Shown here: positions 60,701-64,000 of the stretch, in pieces
How positions within the stretch are numbered: the first letter of the stretch is position 1
How the letters are laid out: every line of letters starts with the position of its first letter
Assembly (NCBI GenBank): GCA_963677485.1
Contig: OY781964.1
Location: 3,264,001 to 3,328,000 of the forward strand
Length of the DNA stretch: 64,000 nucleotides
Reading direction: 5' to 3'
DNA from: Armatimonadota bacterium
GTDB taxonomy: Bacteria > Armatimonadota > HRBIN16
The notes under the pieces: model-generated
Told to the model about the DNA's origin: nothing
Database searches by the model: none
The model's input: only the letters and a program-made list of their open reading frames with translations
Made by a program: the position numbers and the translations under genes

Positions 60701-61309
60701 ATTAGCGGACGAGCGTGGGCGATGCTGCCCGACCAGAGCACGCGCCATCTGAGCGACATCAAGCTGCAGCGGGTAGGGGATGCGCTGGAGATACGCTACC
60801 ACGACACCTACGCAGGGTTTGAGGGCGAGGTGGTTCTAGCCATCGACCGCTCGGGCGTGATACGCGCCGATGTGCAGATGACCTCCACGGGCATGAACTT
60901 GCCTGTGCGGGAGTTTGGTATCCGGTTCCCTGTTAATGAGGCTTTACGCACCATCAAGTGGGATCGCAAGACCGACTGGGACGTCTACCCTGAGGGGCAT
61001 ATTGGGGCCGCGAAGGGTTCGGTCACGGATACCCCGGTTGAAGGACCGGCGAAGCGGTGGGAACAGGCAGGCAACGACTACGGCAGCAATATCTTCCGGG
61101 CCAGCCGCTGGGGTATCTACACGGCGGAACTGCTGGCCTCGGATGGTCACGGTCTACGCGTGGTTGCCCAGGGCGATGTGGGAGTGCGCTGCCACAAACA
61201 GTCCGGTGGACGGGTGTTTCATGTGCTGATGGCCTCCCCGGGCTCTGTGGCTGATGGCCAGGTGTTGAAGTGCTCCGCCACCGTGCAGTTGGTTCCGGCG
61301 GACCTGTAG
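57761..61309 (+). CDS. secreted GH2 glycoside hydrolase (beta-galactosidase-like) with N-terminal accessory domains
   Basis: Signal peptide; WSAEKPNLY, GFRSIE, LAGACHHE, NFVRTSHYPP, WSLANE, DEYWH. Confidence 0.88.
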   Translation: MQNTRCRNRLMYTLYGALCFVFVMALTSVSTSMYAQDMENSRLTQLPPDMNLIAFDDCGVSGRQPHVTPMNSWRMTAPEGEWQQAASTCTFNPPTITVSYTILPAEARYVMAMLFMTESTNERAVSVTSGAHELIGRYQIKTTPEWVYMDIPAELVVNGQFNAQVNSLAGPNAVLSAVALYSNQAAVKEYHLEVSSTTVGGVHCQLSDDLWKGVVGATVEVSSDGQPKLGSAVTDANGRFAFDRVSPDASDKSTYRVTALVGDERLEQQIKASSMWYHAPVLQPIADESRRYKLDGNWDLVFENGEHTRFRTPGQFLQQGLKPDAKEGYTITRPVCIPRDWRLGRIIWRLEAVHGSVDYFVNDTKVAHSENLFTPVEIDITDTIRPGRNDVLKMRIYPSSVSEALSHSSTYAHHDLVGVDRSMSLYTLPMQHLTKLQVTGGTANGYKDGQLSLHAELSEPVSSEMIHVRLMRNGKILMEKKALIEKGQSRLDWSCDVPKAALWSAEKPNLYDLELELRTKKHIIQTFKQKLGFRSIEVKGTQLLVNGVSVKLAGACHHETDLLTGRADTFKWAETDAKLFKDANVNFVRTSHYPPTRDFLDACDRVGLYVEVEAPFCWTRTQAGKEDDAAFRNTFLDPTALMMAEHGNHASVIIWSLANESGSVSGGADQLGQNYVESHRYLRANDPSRPTLFNNEWALDGGIPEIAVVHYPASPLETNPDIAKPTRPVMVDEYWHLPCYEKGDLALDPGLRDQWASGQDGPDGLWSQIRASSKMIGGAIWAGIDDIFQMPDGTITGYGEWGIIDSLRRKKPEYWGLQRVYSPVVFPVKQVEFTEGLQSLQIPVENHYSFTDLSELRFAVLCGSWRKGFTVSMAPGGKGTISLPMPESYKDGDLLTVRVSTADGRLVTHHGIRIGTVPLPRLLAPSSGAPEWKLEAHDALIEGDGWQFRLNTQTGAFSGAGLNALPGIHMTQRDEQAPWSISGRAWAMLPDQSTRHLSDIKLQRVGDALEIRYHDTYAGFEGEVVLAIDRSGVIRADVQMTSTGMNLPVREFGIRFPVNEALRTIKWDRKTDWDVYPEGHIGAAKGSVTDTPVEGPAKRWEQAGNDYGSNIFRASRWGIYTAELLASDGHGLRVVAQGDVGVRCHKQSGGRVFHVLMASPGSVADGQVLKCSATVQLVPADL

Positions 61310-61450
61310 GGGTTTTTTGAACCACAGAGGGCACAAAGGTAACGGAGGGTTGCCTGAACCACGCCGGCCCTGTCCTACTCGTCTTACTCATCCTACCTGT
61401 CTTGTTGGGGGCTCGTTTTAACCGCGGATGAACACGAATGAACGCGAATG

Positions 61451-61478
61451 GTAAGGGCGGTTCGCGAACCGCCCTTAC
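61451..61478. repeat. REP palindrome variant GTAAGGGCGGTTCGCGAACCGCCCTTAC
   Basis: Perfect 28-bp palindrome related to the IS110 target REP. Confidence 0.8.
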
Positions 61479-61574
61479 CCTACATGCCCAACCTCATGCA
61501 GGGATTCCGCCCCTGCCCGGATAACCATATGGATAGTAAGACAACCCAATGAATAATCAAGGAGTCACCCTGTC

Positions 61575-62591
61575 ATGTTGACAAAAAGAATGATCATACC
61601 CACGCTGGCCATACTGGCACTCGCCGTGGTGTGTGCAGGATGTGCGAAGAAGCCCGGTAACGGCGCGAAGTCCGGCAGTGACATCAAACTCGGATTCCTC
61701 GTGAAGCAGCCGGAGGAGCTCTGGTTTCAGAACGAATGGAAATTTGCCCAAAAGTGCGCCGATGACAACGGCTTTGAGCTGAAGAAGATTGGCGCCACCG
61801 ATGGCGAGAAGGTGCTGAACGCGATCGACAACCTGGCCGCACAGGGCGTGAAGGGGTTCGTGATCTGCACACCGGACGTCAAACTGGGCCCGGCGATCGT
61901 GGCCAAAGCGGTGACCAACGGCATGAAGGTCTATTCGGTCGACGACCAGTTCCTGGGCTCCGACGGCAAGCCGATGACGATGATCCCGCACATGGGAATC
62001 TCGGCTAGCGCGATAGGCCAGAACGTGGGCAAGTCGCTGTATGAAGAGTTCAAAAAGCGCAAGTGGGATGTAAATGAAACTGGTGTGTGCGTGATCACCT
62101 TTGAGGAGCTGCCCACCGCGAAGGAGCGCACCGATGGTGAGATTGCCGCGTTGAAAGCGGCAGGGTTCCCTGAGAACCGCATATTCAAGGGTGCTGAGAA
62201 GGTCGCCACCATCCCTGCTGCGAATGACGCGGCGAACATCGTGCTGACCCAGCAAGCGAAAATCAAGAAGTGGCTGATCTGCTCGATGAACGACGAAGGT
62301 GTTCTGGGCGCGGTGCGGGCGATGGAAGGTCAGGGGTTCACCGCTGCGGACGTGATCGGCATCGGCATCGGCGGCAGCACGTGTCTGGTGGAGTTCGAGA
62401 AGTCCAAACCCAGCGGTTTCTACGCCACCTGCCTGATCAGCCCCAAACGACACGGGTATGAGACCACCGAGAACCTGTATAAATGGGTCAAAGACGGCAT
62501 CCAGCCTCCGAAGGACATCAGAACCAAGGGGATCATGATCAACCGCAGCAACTACAAGACGATCATGAAAGCGGAAGGGTTGATGGACTAA
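61575..62591 (+). CDS. araF: L-arabinose ABC transporter substrate-binding lipoprotein
   Basis: Lipobox (CAGC); KLGFLVKQPEELWFQNEW, GFVICTPDVKLGPAI, VDDQF, MNDEGVLG, GIGIG. Confidence 0.9.
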   Translation: MLTKRMIIPTLAILALAVVCAGCAKKPGNGAKSGSDIKLGFLVKQPEELWFQNEWKFAQKCADDNGFELKKIGATDGEKVLNAIDNLAAQGVKGFVICTPDVKLGPAIVAKAVTNGMKVYSVDDQFLGSDGKPMTMIPHMGISASAIGQNVGKSLYEEFKKRKWDVNETGVCVITFEELPTAKERTDGEIAALKAAGFPENRIFKGAEKVATIPAANDAANIVLTQQAKIKKWLICSMNDEGVLGAVRAMEGQGFTAADVIGIGIGGSTCLVEFEKSKPSGFYATCLISPKRHGYETTENLYKWVKDGIQPPKDIRTKGIMINRSNYKTIMKAEGLMD

Positions 62592-62593
62592 AG

Positions 62594-64000
62594 ATGGCGG
62601 ATTGCTATCTTCAGTTCCACGGAATCAGTAAGCTGTTTCCCGGTGTGAAAGCACTGAACCAGGTTTCTTTCGAGGTCAATGAAGGCTCCGTCCATGCCAT
62701 GATCGGCGAGAACGGGGCCGGTAAATCGACCCTGCTGAAGATACTCAGCGGGGTCTATATGCCCGATGGCGGCGAACTGCGGCTGGGTGGTCAGCATGTG
62801 GTGTTCCACTCCTCTTCGGATGCGTTTGCCAACGGCGTGGCGGTGATCTACCAGGAGCTCAACCTGGTGCCGAACATGACGGTGGCCGAGAACATCATGC
62901 TGGGCCACATCCCCAGTCAGCTGGGTGTGGTGGACCGCAAGGGGCTGCTCAAGGCGGCCGAGGCGCGTATCACCGAGCTGGGTGAGAACATCCCTCTGAA
63001 TGCCAAGGTCTCCTCGCTGCCGATTGCACAACGTCAGATTGTGGAGATCGCGAAAGCACTCTCCCGCGACGCCAAGGTGATCGCATTTGATGAGCCCACC
63101 AGCAGCCTTTCGCAGCGCGAAGTGCAGAATCTGTTCGGCATCATCCGCTCACTGAAGGCGCAGGGCAAAGTGATCCTGTATGTCTCACACCGGTTGGAGG
63201 AGATATTCGAGATCGCCGACTCGGCTACGGTACTGCGTGATGGTCAGTTGGTGAAGAGCTTTGACACACTGGATGGCATCACCACCGGTGACCTGGTGAG
63301 TGCCATGGTGGGGCGTGCTATTCAAGATATTTACAGCTACACTCCTCGTCCGATTGGTCCCGCCGTGCTGCGCGTGGAGGGCCTCTTTGGTCGCGGCCTC
63401 TCCGCACCCGCCAGCCTTGAGGTGGGCAAGGGTGAGATCGTGGGCATCTTCGGGCTTGTCGGCGCGGGCCGGAGCGAGCTGCTGAAGCTGATCTACGGTG
63501 CCGTTCACCCCAAAGCGGGGCAGGTGGAGGTGGGCGGTGAACCGGTGAGGGCTACCGGACCGATCGCCGCCATTGACAAAGGTCTGGTGCTCTGCCCGGA
63601 AGACCGCAAGAGCGAAGGGATCATCGGGATACGCTCTGTGGCGGAGAACATCAACATCAGCGCCCGCCGCAAGTTTTCCAATATGCCCTTCATTATCAAC
63701 ATGCCGATGGAACGCCGCCACGCCCAGAAGCAGGTGGATGCTCTTTCCATCAAAACCCCTTCACTAGACCAGCTGATCGGCAACCTCTCGGGCGGGAACC
63801 AGCAAAAGGCGATTTTAGCACGCTGGCTATCGGAGAACCCCACGGTGATCATGATGGATGAGCCCACGCGTGGCATCGATGTAGGCGCGAAGAGCGAGAT
63901 TTATTCCATCATCTTCCGGCTGGCGGAGCACGGCGCAGGGGTGCTGCTGGTCTCCAGCGAGCTGCCCGAGGTGCTGGGCATCTGTGATCGCGTGATCGTG
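62594..64000 (+). CDS. araG: L-arabinose ABC transporter ATP-binding protein (runs off the window; absent from the ORF track)
   Basis: ATG at 62594: MADCYLQFHGISKLFPGVKAL...GENGAGKSTLLKILSG, IYQELNLVP, AFDEPTSSL, LSGGNQQK, MDEPTRGIDVGAK. Confidence 0.92.
   Translation, partial: MADCYLQFHGISKLFPGVKALNQVSFEVNEGSVHAMIGENGAGKSTLLKILSGVYMPDGGELRLGGQHVVFHSSSDAFANGVAVIYQELNLVPNMTVAENIMLGHIPSQLGVVDRKGLLKAAEARITELGENIPLNAKVSSLPIAQRQIVEIAKALSRDAKVIAFDEPTSSLSQREVQNLFGIIRSLKAQGKVILYVSHRLEEIFEIADSATVLRDGQLVKSFDTLDGITTGDLVSAMVGRAIQDIYSYTPRPIGPAVLRVEGLFGRGLSAPASLEVGKGEIVGIFGLVGAGRSELLKLIYGAVHPKAGQVEVGGEPVRATGPIAAIDKGLVLCPEDRKSEGIIGIRSVAENINISARRKFSNMPFIINMPMERRHAQKQVDALSIKTPSLDQLIGNLSGGNQQKAILARWLSENPTVIMMDEPTRGIDVGAKSEIYSIIFRLAEHGAGVLLVSSELPEVLGICDRVIV

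Overview
Bacterial chromosomal window of mixed GC content with repeat-filled intergenic regions. In order: two small membrane proteins and a TlpA thioredoxin; an AspT/YidE transporter; a GntR-LacI regulator with a GH2 beta-mannosidase; an ABC exporter; a small defence-type island (ATPase-wHTH-PD-(D/E)XK nuclease, PIG-L deacetylase, Shango-like TerB_C / DUF2791 ATPase / Lhr helicase); DnaJ-TPR and PilC/GspF genes; a ~14 kb signalling cluster (four histidine kinases, two stand-alone receivers, an RsbU-RsbW fusion, a STAS protein); rfbB-A-C; and a complete IS110 element. The IS110 CT cores, junction promoter and bridge RNA guides can be read from the sequence, and they specify the REP palindrome in which the element sits. 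After it come two tandem paralogous exported proteins and an apparently uncharacterised locus: three atypical membrane Ser/Thr kinases, a split TM module, a coiled-coil protein, a ClpB-D2-like AAA+ ATPase, an orphan NrdG-like radical SAM and a Zn-ribbon-FHA protein. The window ends with an acyltransferase, a putative glycosyltransferase, a secreted GH2 and araF-araG (partial). All family calls come from reading motifs by eye; no database search was run.
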